64,000 nt of DNA, from NCBI GenBank assembly GCA_963662465.1, contig OY759599.1:7520001-7584000 (forward strand). Direction: 5' to 3'. Source of the stretch: Desulfatiglandales bacterium (GTDB lineage: Bacteria > Desulfobacterota > DSM-4660 > Desulfatiglandales > Desulfatiglandaceae). Below the pieces are notes generated by a model that was not told the DNA's origin, made no database searches, and saw only the letters and a program-made list of their open reading frames with translations. Position numbers and translations under genes: made by a program. Numbering within the stretch: the stretch's first letter is position 1; each line of letters starts with the position of its first letter. Positions 9,015 through 19,739 of the stretch are shown here, one piece after another.

Positions 9015-10406
9015 ATGCCGTCCAAATATGTAATCCATACCAAGACTGTCCCTCGCCGTTTTCAGCCCATGACCCAATCGGGTATTATTGCCTGGGAGGA
9101 AGGGTGTTTAAAATGCGCTGTTTGCGTCAAAACAAAATGCGTTTACGGCGTTTACGACCACCGGGGGCTGGATGCCAGGCACATGGTGGAATCCATTGAC
9201 AACCAGTGCATGAACTGTCTGCGCTGTGTGCAGGGATGCCCCAGGGAGCTGATCCACAAATCCATTAATCCCGAATTCATGGCCATGGGGGATGAGTACT
9301 GGTCTCCCAATATTATCGCCAGTCTGTGGACCCAGTCGGACAGCGGAAAGATCCCCGTTTCCGGGGCCGGTTATTCAGGCCCTTTCAGCGGACCCGGTTT
9401 CGACGCCATCTGGACCGATATGAGCGAGATTGTGAGGCCCACAAGGGACGGGATCCATGGACGAGAATATATTAGCACCGCCGTCGACCTGGGAAAAACG
9501 CCTTCATATCTGGTTTTTAACCCCGAAGGCGAGCTTGAGGGGGAGTCTCCCAGGTTCCTGGACATCCCTTTACCCATTATCCTGAAGGTTCCCGGCTTCG
9601 GGGCCGTGAGTGAAAAGACCCTTGAAGGATGGGCCGAAGCAGCCAAACGGCTGGGGACGCTTTTTTCACTTCCCGAGGAAATGCTGAAACAAGTCCCGGG
9701 CGGATATGCTCCGTGGCTTCTGCCGTCCATTTCATCGAACTCGGAAGGTCTGCCCGCCGGGGTTCGCATGGTGGAATTGACCTTTGATGATGACTGGAAA
9801 GGCAGGGGTAAAAAAACTTTTGCCCCGACGGCCGGTCCGGCGCCTTTGATCTCCGTTAAAATCCCCATGGCCGAAGGCATGGAAGAGAAGGCGCAACTGC
9901 TGGCGGAAGCGGGTGTTTCCATTATCCATCTGGAAGCCGATTTCCAGGGGCGTGCGTTTGACGGCGCGGACTTTTTAAAAGACGGCATCCGTTCCGTTCA
10001 CTTGCGGCTGGTCGAGATGGGGATCAGGGACAACATAACCCTTCTGGTCGGCGGCGGTATTTCCATGGCCGAGCATGTGGCCAAGGCCATTATCTGCGGC
10101 GCCGATGGCGTTTTCATGGATTTTCCCATGCTCATCGCCCTGGAGTGCCGCATGTGCCGGCGTTGTGAAAAGGGCCTCTCGTGCCCGGTGGATATTCAGG
10201 ATGCGTCAGCGGAATGGACGGCCGGCAGGGTGGTGAATCTCATGGGGGCATGGCATAACCAGCTCCTGGAAGTGATGGGCGCCATGGGGATCCGCGAGGC
10301 CCGTCGCCTGCGGGGAGAGGTGGGTCGGGCCATGTTCTTTGAACAGTTGGATCGCGAAACCTTTGAAGCCATGGGAGAGGTTGAGGAGGACTGTGAGCTT
10401 GAATAA
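9015..10406 (+). CDS. Glutamate synthase-related FMN-domain protein with ferredoxin motifs (divergent GltB2-like)
   Basis: CxxCxxC motifs, GPGFDAIWTDMSEIVRPTRDGIHGREYIST, GGGI...AKAI..GAD and C.MCRRC...CP. It lacks the GEGG and QGAKPG motifs. Confidence 0.8.
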   Translation: MPSKYVIHTKTVPRRFQPMTQSGIIAWEEGCLKCAVCVKTKCVYGVYDHRGLDARHMVESIDNQCMNCLRCVQGCPRELIHKSINPEFMAMGDEYWSPNIIASLWTQSDSGKIPVSGAGYSGPFSGPGFDAIWTDMSEIVRPTRDGIHGREYISTAVDLGKTPSYLVFNPEGELEGESPRFLDIPLPIILKVPGFGAVSEKTLEGWAEAAKRLGTLFSLPEEMLKQVPGGYAPWLLPSISSNSEGLPAGVRMVELTFDDDWKGRGKKTFAPTAGPAPLISVKIPMAEGMEEKAQLLAEAGVSIIHLEADFQGRAFDGADFLKDGIRSVHLRLVEMGIRDNITLLVGGGISMAEHVAKAIICGADGVFMDFPMLIALECRMCRRCEKGLSCPVDIQDASAEWTAGRVVNLMGAWHNQLLEVMGAMGIREARRLRGEVGRAMFFEQLDRETFEAMGEVEEDCELE

Positions 10407-11889
10407 TTCGGAATCATTTCAGTTGCCTGAAGTTAAACGTACCCCTTCCCGATTTAGAAACGCAATCGGGAAGTACCGGTTGAACCGAACGAGTGCCTGC
10501 ATTGCGTGCGGAAAATGCGTGGAAATCTGCCCCTACGAGGTGCATGTGGCGCGAAGGGGTCGGGTGTTAATCGAAAACGCCTATCGCTGTGTGGGGAAGG
10601 ATTGTGAAAACCCCTGCGTCGATGCTTGTCCGGTTCAGGCGCTCAGTTTAAAAAGAAATCCTGATTTTGAGACATTGGGGGATCGCCGGTGGCCGCCGGA
10701 TTTGCTGGCCTCCTCCTGGCATATGGCGGAATTCGGCCAGGTTCCTGAAAGGGGACTCGAGTACAAGATCGGCGCCTCCGAAGGGGGATTTGACAAACTG
10801 CGCATTGCCTTTAGAAAGAGCAAAATCGGATCGGTTCTGGTGGATGATGATGAAATGGACCTGGGTGTTCTCTTGAACCGGCGCGATGACAATGCCTACC
10901 GGGCCAGGACCCAAGTGCCCTTTTACGGGGGCGGCATGAGCTACGGGTCCGTGAGCATCAACACCATGCTCAGTCGAATGAAGGCGGCCAAGGCCCTGGG
11001 CACCTTTTGCTGCACCGGTGAAGGGGGATACCCCGATGAACTCAAGCCCTACGACGATCATGTGATCACCCAGGTGGCGACGGGTCTTTTTGGGGTGCGT
11101 GAAGAGACCCTTCAGCGCGTCAAGATCGTTGAATTCAAGTATGCCCAGGGCGCCAAGCCGGGCTTGGGCGGGCATCTTCTGGGAGACAAGGTGACACCGG
11201 GAGTTGCTCGCATGCGGGAGGCGGTGGTGGGGTATCCCCTCTTTTCCCCTTTTCCCTTTCACTCGGTGTATTCGGTGGAAGACCACAAAAAGCATGTGGA
11301 CTGGATTAAGGCCATCAATCCCAAGGCTTTGGTTTCCGTGAAGGTCTCTACGCCAACCGACGTGGATATGGTGGCGGTGGGGAGCTATTATGCGGGCGCC
11401 CACATTATTCATTTGGACGGCAGCTACGGCGGTACGGGGGCTGCGCCCGACATTGCCAAGAAAAACATCGCCATGCCTATTGAATACGCTTTGCCCAAGG
11501 TACACCGGTTTTTGACGGAAGAGGGGGTGCGGGATAAAATAACGGTCATTGCCGGCGGCGGAATTCGAACCCCCCATGATGTGGCCAAGACCATTGCCCT
11601 GGGTGCTGACGGGGTCTGCACCGGAACGGCGGATTTGGTGGCCCTGGAGTGTATCAGGTGCCACAACTGTGAGCGCGGACGGGGTTGCGCCAGGGGGATT
11701 GCTACCACTGACAGCGAATTGATGAACCTGATCGAGGTGGAATGGGGAACCCAAAGAATTTTGAATCTGTTTCTCGCCTGGCGAAAGGAACTGGCCCGCA
11801 TTTTGAAGAAATTGGGCATGAAAAACCTGAAGGAACTGGTGGGGCGCACCGATTGCTTGGTGCATTTGGATTATATGAAGAAGAGTTAA
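10393..11889 (+). CDS. Archaeal-type glutamate synthase FMN-binding subunit (GltB2) with N-terminal ferredoxin
   Basis: MSYGS, TGEGG, QVATGLFGV, QGAKPGLGGHL and CIRCHNC..G.GC.RGIAT. GTG at 10393 follows GAGGAGG. Confidence 0.9.
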   Translation: MSLNNSESFQLPEVKRTPSRFRNAIGKYRLNRTSACIACGKCVEICPYEVHVARRGRVLIENAYRCVGKDCENPCVDACPVQALSLKRNPDFETLGDRRWPPDLLASSWHMAEFGQVPERGLEYKIGASEGGFDKLRIAFRKSKIGSVLVDDDEMDLGVLLNRRDDNAYRARTQVPFYGGGMSYGSVSINTMLSRMKAAKALGTFCCTGEGGYPDELKPYDDHVITQVATGLFGVREETLQRVKIVEFKYAQGAKPGLGGHLLGDKVTPGVARMREAVVGYPLFSPFPFHSVYSVEDHKKHVDWIKAINPKALVSVKVSTPTDVDMVAVGSYYAGAHIIHLDGSYGGTGAAPDIAKKNIAMPIEYALPKVHRFLTEEGVRDKITVIAGGGIRTPHDVAKTIALGADGVCTGTADLVALECIRCHNCERGRGCARGIATTDSELMNLIEVEWGTQRILNLFLAWRKELARILKKLGMKNLKELVGRTDCLVHLDYMKKS

Positions 11890-11958
11890 AAGTGAAGAGT
11901 GAAGAGTGAAGAGTTGCAGGGTGACAACTATTCACTTTTTACTATTCACTCTTCACTT
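11881..11958. repeat. Inverted heptamer arrays (AAGAGTG)n / (CACTCTT)n forming a long hairpin
   Basis: aagagtt aaaagtg aagagtg aagagtg aagagtt ... aactatt cactttt tactatt cactctt cactt. Confidence 0.85.
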
Positions 11959-11975
11959 AAATATTTTTGGCGGAA

Positions 11976-14962
<2,987 letters not shown>

Positions 14963-14972
14963 GGCGAACATT

Positions 14973-17564
14973 TTGAACGAATCGCAGGCAAGGGTTGCGG
15001 CATTTCTGTCGGAAAGAAATGCCTTGGCCCAAAAAGGGCTTCAATCTGAATCGGGTCTTCGGTTTTCCCATCAATATGCCGATGTGATGGATCGGTTTGT
15101 TCGGGACCTTTTTTTAATGGCTGGATTTCCGCGGCAAAGCCGTTCCGATGGGGAAGGGGCTTTGGCGGTGGCGGCTTTGGGCGGCTATGGGCGGCGGGAA
15201 CTCTGCCTGGGTTCGGATGTGGACCTGATGGTGCTTCATCAGGGCGATCTGACCCCTCACATGAATCAGGTGATTCGTCATGCCCTTTACCCCTTATGGG
15301 ATGCCAAGGTGGAGGTGGGGTATTCCATTGTGACCTATCAGGAGTGCATCCGGCTGGCCATGGAGGATTTTCGAATGCTCACGTCCCTGGTGGACAGCCG
15401 TTTTTTGCTGGGAAGCCGGTCTTTCTACAGACTTTACCAGGAGGCTTTCTGGTCTCGCATGGCCCGTGAAAAAGGGTCGCTTTTGGGCAGGTTTCTGGTT
15501 TCAAGACGGGAACGGGCGGACCGGAACAAGGGAGAGGAATGTTTCGTGGAGCCGGATCTGAAAGAGGGACTGGGCGGTCTTCGGGACATTCATCTTATGG
15601 GCTGGATGGCCCGGATCTGGTTTGATTGCCGGCGCCTGGGCGAGATGAAGCGGTTTGGGGCCTTCAGCCATTTTGAGATACGGAAGTTGGGGATCAGCAG
15701 GAGTTTTCTCCTGAAGATTCGAAACCACCTTCACTGGCTGGCCCATCGCAAGGAAGATACCCTCGGACTTTCCTACCAGGATCAGATTGCGAATATTTTG
15801 GGGTACGGGGATGAACCCCATATCTCCGGCCCTGAAAGGCTTATGCGGGATGTGTATCTTCATTTGAACAGGATTCGCTACCGGCATGAGGAGTTTCAGG
15901 TAAAAATTCTGGATATGATTGATCCATCCCCCATTGAACCGATCCGGGAGGACCTTCCTTCGGAATTTCGGGTGCGAAAGGGGAATGTTGTTCTGGCGGA
16001 TGGGGTGTTGTCCGAAAAGGATCCCCTGGTGATCCTGCGGGGGTTCAAGGAAGCCAATGATCGGGGCCTTTTTCTGGGGTCCGGGTTTATCTGGGAGGCC
16101 AAGGAAATCATCAGCCGGAAAGGGAAAACCATTGCGCGGTCGGCTGAGGGAAAGGTCCTGTTCCTAGACATGATTCTGAAGCCCGAAAATCCGAAAATCA
16201 TACGACTGGCCCTTGAAATCGGGCTCATCGATCTCTTCACCCCGGAATTCAAAAAAATCAGGAACCTGCCCCAGTTCGGCTTTTATCACGAGATGACCGT
16301 GGACCTGCATTCTCTGAGGACTTTGGATGTGATCAGCGAAATTACAAAGGGGGTCTACGATGAAAAATGGTCTGTTTTCAGGTTCGTTTTCGAGGAAATA
16401 GAAAATCCCGACTGCCTTTTTCTGGCGGCCCTGCTGCACGATATCGGGAAAGGATACGGTGAAGATCATTGTGCCCGGGGCCCCCGACTCATCCCCGTGA
16501 TCCTGGCGCGATTGGGATTTGGGAAATCATGCGTTCAAATGGTATCATCTTTGATCCGGCATCACCTCCTGTTGCCAAGGGTGGCTCAGCGCAGGGATCT
16601 TCGGGATGAGAAAACCAGTGTGCAAACGGCCCAGACCGTTCAGGATCCGCAGTTACTGAAAATGCTTTTTCTACTGGCCGTTGCGGACAGTTTTGCCACC
16701 GGGCCCATGGCCCGGAGCGACTGGAAGATCATGCTCCTGGCGGAGCTGTTTCACAAGGTGCAGCGCATATTGGAGAGGGATAATCTGGCGTCGCCCGATG
16801 CCACCCAGAAGATTGAGGGCAGGAAAAAGCGCATTCGGGAAATCTTGCTGCGAGACTTTGAAGAAGACAAAGTCCGGCACCTCATCGATCAGGTTTCCTC
16901 CCGCTATCTTCTCAATACATCGCTTTCGGACATGGTGGTGCATTTTTCTCTGGCGTTGGATCTGGGCGACCTGAAGCACGCCTGGAAACTGGAAAAGCGG
17001 AAAGACGCTTCCGTCACCCGTGTCATTCAGGTGACCTACGACAAGCCCGGGTTGTTCAGCAAGATGGCGGGCGTCTTCACCCTGAACAACATGGCGGTAT
17101 TGTCCGCGAGCATCTTTACTTTGAAAAACGGCCTGGCGTTTGATACCTATGAGGTGACCAATCCGCTGGATGTTTACCTCGAAACGGAGAAATGGGCTAA
17201 AACGGAAAAAGACCTGTATGAAGCGCTGGATGATCGTCTTTTGCTGGATGGTTTGATAAAGGAGAAAAGGGACGCCAAAATGCCGGGGGTCTATGGAAGG
17301 CCGGTCAGGAAAAAGGTCGTCTTAAACAATGAAGAGAGCGATTTTTTTACCCTTATCGAAATTGAGTCCGGCGCCAGATTCGGCCTGCTTTATGACCTGG
17401 CATGCGTGATATTCAGCATGAACCTTGACATTCGAACGGCAAAGGTCAACAGTGACGGTGAAAAGGTGACCGGTGTTTTCTATGTGCGGGATTCGGTTGG
17501 GCAGAAGGTTTATGAGCCCGACATGATTTATGAAACCAAACAGCGTCTGATGGGGGTGCTGTGA
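14973..17564 (+). CDS. glnD: [Protein-PII] uridylyltransferase
   Basis: ALGGYGR.EL...SDVDL, EPDLKEG.GGLRD, HD domain LLHDIGKG and two ACT domains. The start is uncertain (TTG 14973). Confidence 0.95.
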   Translation: MNESQARVAAFLSERNALAQKGLQSESGLRFSHQYADVMDRFVRDLFLMAGFPRQSRSDGEGALAVAALGGYGRRELCLGSDVDLMVLHQGDLTPHMNQVIRHALYPLWDAKVEVGYSIVTYQECIRLAMEDFRMLTSLVDSRFLLGSRSFYRLYQEAFWSRMAREKGSLLGRFLVSRRERADRNKGEECFVEPDLKEGLGGLRDIHLMGWMARIWFDCRRLGEMKRFGAFSHFEIRKLGISRSFLLKIRNHLHWLAHRKEDTLGLSYQDQIANILGYGDEPHISGPERLMRDVYLHLNRIRYRHEEFQVKILDMIDPSPIEPIREDLPSEFRVRKGNVVLADGVLSEKDPLVILRGFKEANDRGLFLGSGFIWEAKEIISRKGKTIARSAEGKVLFLDMILKPENPKIIRLALEIGLIDLFTPEFKKIRNLPQFGFYHEMTVDLHSLRTLDVISEITKGVYDEKWSVFRFVFEEIENPDCLFLAALLHDIGKGYGEDHCARGPRLIPVILARLGFGKSCVQMVSSLIRHHLLLPRVAQRRDLRDEKTSVQTAQTVQDPQLLKMLFLLAVADSFATGPMARSDWKIMLLAELFHKVQRILERDNLASPDATQKIEGRKKRIREILLRDFEEDKVRHLIDQVSSRYLLNTSLSDMVVHFSLALDLGDLKHAWKLEKRKDASVTRVIQVTYDKPGLFSKMAGVFTLNNMAVLSASIFTLKNGLAFDTYEVTNPLDVYLETEKWAKTEKDLYEALDDRLLLDGLIKEKRDAKMPGVYGRPVRKKVVLNNEESDFFTLIEIESGARFGLLYDLACVIFSMNLDIRTAKVNSDGEKVTGVFYVRDSVGQKVYEPDMIYETKQRLMGVL

Positions 17565-17634
17565 TGAGGAATCATTTTGCTATGCTGCAACGACTATACG
17601 TACACAACTTACTTCAGATACAAAAATATCTTCA

Positions 17635-17702
17635 TTGAACTTGTACAGATAAATTAACAAGTTCAAGAGTGTTTATGATGCTTGTACGATAAATAATACA
17701 AG
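17635..17702. promoter_or_regulatory. YefM-type operator palindromes
   Basis: TTGAACTTGT...ACAAGTTCAA (17635-17666) and CTTGTA...TACAAG (17681-17702). A TGTACA core is typical of yefM-yoeB operators. Confidence 0.65.
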
Positions 17703-17715
17703 TTTGGAGGATATT

Positions 17716-17970
17716 ATGAGAATTATCAATTTTAGCGAAGCAAGAAGCAATTTAAAGTCTGTTTTAGATCAAGTCATAGATGATGCTGACTATACAATAA
17801 TAACCCGCAGTGATTCAGAAGATGCCATTGTTATGTCATTAGAGACCTTCAATAGTTATATGGAGACTTTCTGTCTATTGCGGTCACCCGCTAATGCTGC
17901 CCATCTTATAAAATCTATGGAGCAGTATAAAAATGGAAGCGTCCAAGAAAGAGAACTAATAAATGAGTAG
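17716..17970 (+). CDS. yefM: YefM/Phd family antitoxin
   Basis: FSEARSNLKSVLDQV..D, S.MET..LL.SPANA.HL..S. Confidence 0.92.
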   Translation: MRIINFSEARSNLKSVLDQVIDDADYTIITRSDSEDAIVMSLETFNSYMETFCLLRSPANAAHLIKSMEQYKNGSVQERELINE

Positions 17971-18040
17971 AAAATTAGCTTGGACTGATGAAGCATGGAA
18001 GGGATACATTTATTGGCAATCACAAGATAAAAAAACACTT
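17963..18040 (+). pseudogene. yoeB: Truncated YoeB toxin (first ~26 aa only)
   Basis: MSRKLAWTDEAWKGYIYWQSQDKKTL, after which the homology ends. Confidence 0.85.
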
Positions 18041-18045
18041 TTTCT

Positions 18046-18144
18046 CTCTATCCGTCTGATCCGGATGACATTGCCTTTCTTCTTTGTGCGGAAAACGGAA
18101 ATGCGGATACTATTTTAAGCTATGATCCGCCAGGTACTGGCTAA
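18046..18144 (+). pseudogene. PIN-domain toxin C-terminal fragment
   Basis: Manual translation DPDDIAFLLCAENGNADTILSYD matches the DPDD..FL..A..G.AD.I.S.D PIN pattern. Confidence 0.7.
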
Positions 18145-18320
18145 TGAATAGCAAAGAATTCAAACGCTGGTTAACGAAACAGGGAGCTGCCTTTCAACCT
18201 GGCAGGGGATCTCATCTGAAGGTATTTCTGAATGGTCGCTAGTCTGTTTTACCCATGCACAATATCGAGTTGAAGAAAGGCACGGTGAGTGCGATCAAGA
18301 AACGATTAGGTTTGAAGTAG
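18144..18320 (+). pseudogene. hicA: HicA toxin with in-frame TAG at 18240-18242
   Basis: MNSKEFKRWLTKQGAAFQPGRGSHLKVFLNGR*SVLPMHNIELKKGTVSAIKKRLGLK. Confidence 0.85.
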
Positions 18321-18329
18321 GAGGCTGTT

Positions 18330-18749
18330 ATGTGGGATTATCCGGTTGAGTTGACCTCAGATAAAGAGGATGGAGGGTTTGTGGTGACTTTCCCTGATGT
18401 GCCGGAGGCAATTACTCAAGGCGAAAATAAGGAAGAAGCATTGTTATATGCCCGTGATGCGCTTGAGACGGCACTCTCAATGTATGTTGATGGCCACCGT
18501 GACTTGCCTGTTCCAAGCCTTGCAGATGGTCGTGATGTGGTACGTCCTAATGCTTTGGAGTGTGCCAAGCTTGATATCTATTCTGCTATGCGAGCGCAAG
18601 GTGTCATCAAAGCGGAGCTTGCGAGGCGTTTGCATTGGCATGTGCCGCAGGTGGATCAATTGTTGGACCTTAGCCATGCCTCTAAGTTGTCCCAAATTGA
18701 ACAGGCTGCGGCATCGCTTGGTAAACGTGTCGAAATGAGTGTTGTTTAA
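18330..18749 (+). CDS. hicB: HicB antitoxin with C-terminal HTH
   Basis: YPVEL...GGFVVTFPDVPEAITQG...EAL..A.DAL and KAELARRL. Confidence 0.92.
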   Translation: MWDYPVELTSDKEDGGFVVTFPDVPEAITQGENKEEALLYARDALETALSMYVDGHRDLPVPSLADGRDVVRPNALECAKLDIYSAMRAQGVIKAELARRLHWHVPQVDQLLDLSHASKLSQIEQAAASLGKRVEMSVV

Positions 18750-18841
18750 TCTCGAATGAATAAAGATCTTTATAACGCAATTACAGATAACGAATCAGGG
18801 ATTTAGCATGGCTAAAGAAATATTGGTAACAGGGCTGCTCA

Positions 18842-18905
18842 ATGATGGGAATCTTCAGGTTCGGATTTGTGGGGAGAGCACTGGAAACCGGTGTTTTTAT
18901 CCGGA
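18842..18905 (+). mobile_element. Degenerate group II intron 3' end (partial domain V plus domain VI)
   Basis: ATGATGGGAATCTTCAGGTTCGGATTTGTGGGGAG followed by the stem AGAGCACTGG-AAA-CCGGTGTTTT with a bulged A before TCC. Confidence 0.5.
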
Positions 18906-19012
18906 ACCAAACGCCTGAATGTCATGCAGTTCCGGCGGGGTAAGGCCGAGGCGATGGTGAACTTATCGATATGTTTTTCACGGCAAAGCCGCTTTCTGAC
19001 AAAGGGGAAAAT

Positions 19013-19225
19013 ATGAATTTTAATATCAAAGAAATGTCAGCAGAAGAAAAAATGCGGACGATGGAACTGTTATGGGATGATTTTTGCGGTAGACAGCCGG
19101 ATTTCAAGTCACCGGATTGGCATGAAAACATTTTGAACGAAAGAGAAAAAAGATATAAAGAAGGAAAAGATAAATTGCTCGATTGGGAGCAGGCTAAAAA
19201 AGAGATTTGGGAATCGGTATTGTGA
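19013..19225 (+). CDS. Addiction module antitoxin
   Basis: MS.EEK...ME.LWDD, SP.WH..IL.ER and DWE.AK. Confidence 0.85.
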   Translation: MNFNIKEMSAEEKMRTMELLWDDFCGRQPDFKSPDWHENILNEREKRYKEGKDKLLDWEQAKKEIWESVL

Positions 19226-19515
19226 AAATCAGAATACTTGAATCAGCAAAAAGGGATCTGAAAGAGGGATTTTATTTCTATGAGAGTCAGAAACAGGGGC
19301 TCGGACATTATTTCATAGAAACACTTTTGTCAGATATTGAGTCTCTCAGAATTTTTGCTGGTATTCACAGTATTCATTTCGGCAAATATTATCGTCTCCT
19401 TTCAAAAAGATTTCCCTTTGCGGTATATTACGTTATTGAAGACAATGAGGTCAGAATTTACGCTGTTATTGATTGTCGAAGATCCCCTGCATGGATAAGA
19501 CAAAAATTGCAATAA
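19222..19515 (+). CDS. RelE/ParE family toxin
   Basis: A..DL..G..FYE.Q..GLG.YF, RFPFAVYY and AV.DCRR.P. GTGA overlap with the antitoxin. Confidence 0.88.
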   Translation: MKIRILESAKRDLKEGFYFYESQKQGLGHYFIETLLSDIESLRIFAGIHSIHFGKYYRLLSKRFPFAVYYVIEDNEVRIYAVIDCRRSPAWIRQKLQ

Positions 19516-19529
19516 AATAAAGCAAAAAG

Positions 19530-19697
19530 GAAGTCGTCAAGGGGGCTGTAAACGATATAGGGAAATTTGAACTGCGCTTATCCCCGGAAGGCCATCGAGC
19601 TGTTGCCCTTGCTGCTCAAATAGCCAACCAGAGTTTCAATACGTGGGCAGCAAAACATTTGGTCAAAAGCGCCGAACAGGAGTTTCAAAAGATTTAA
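19530..19697 (+). pseudogene. HicB (RHH-type) antitoxin remnant
   Basis: Manual translation ...GAVND-IGKFELRLSPEGHRAVALAAQIANQSFNTWA... resembles the HicB GKF.LR..PELH..A......SLN.W C-terminus. Confidence 0.6.
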
Positions 19698-19739
19698 AGA
19701 TCGCAAAACGACAAATAATAGAGAAACAAGCGTATCATT

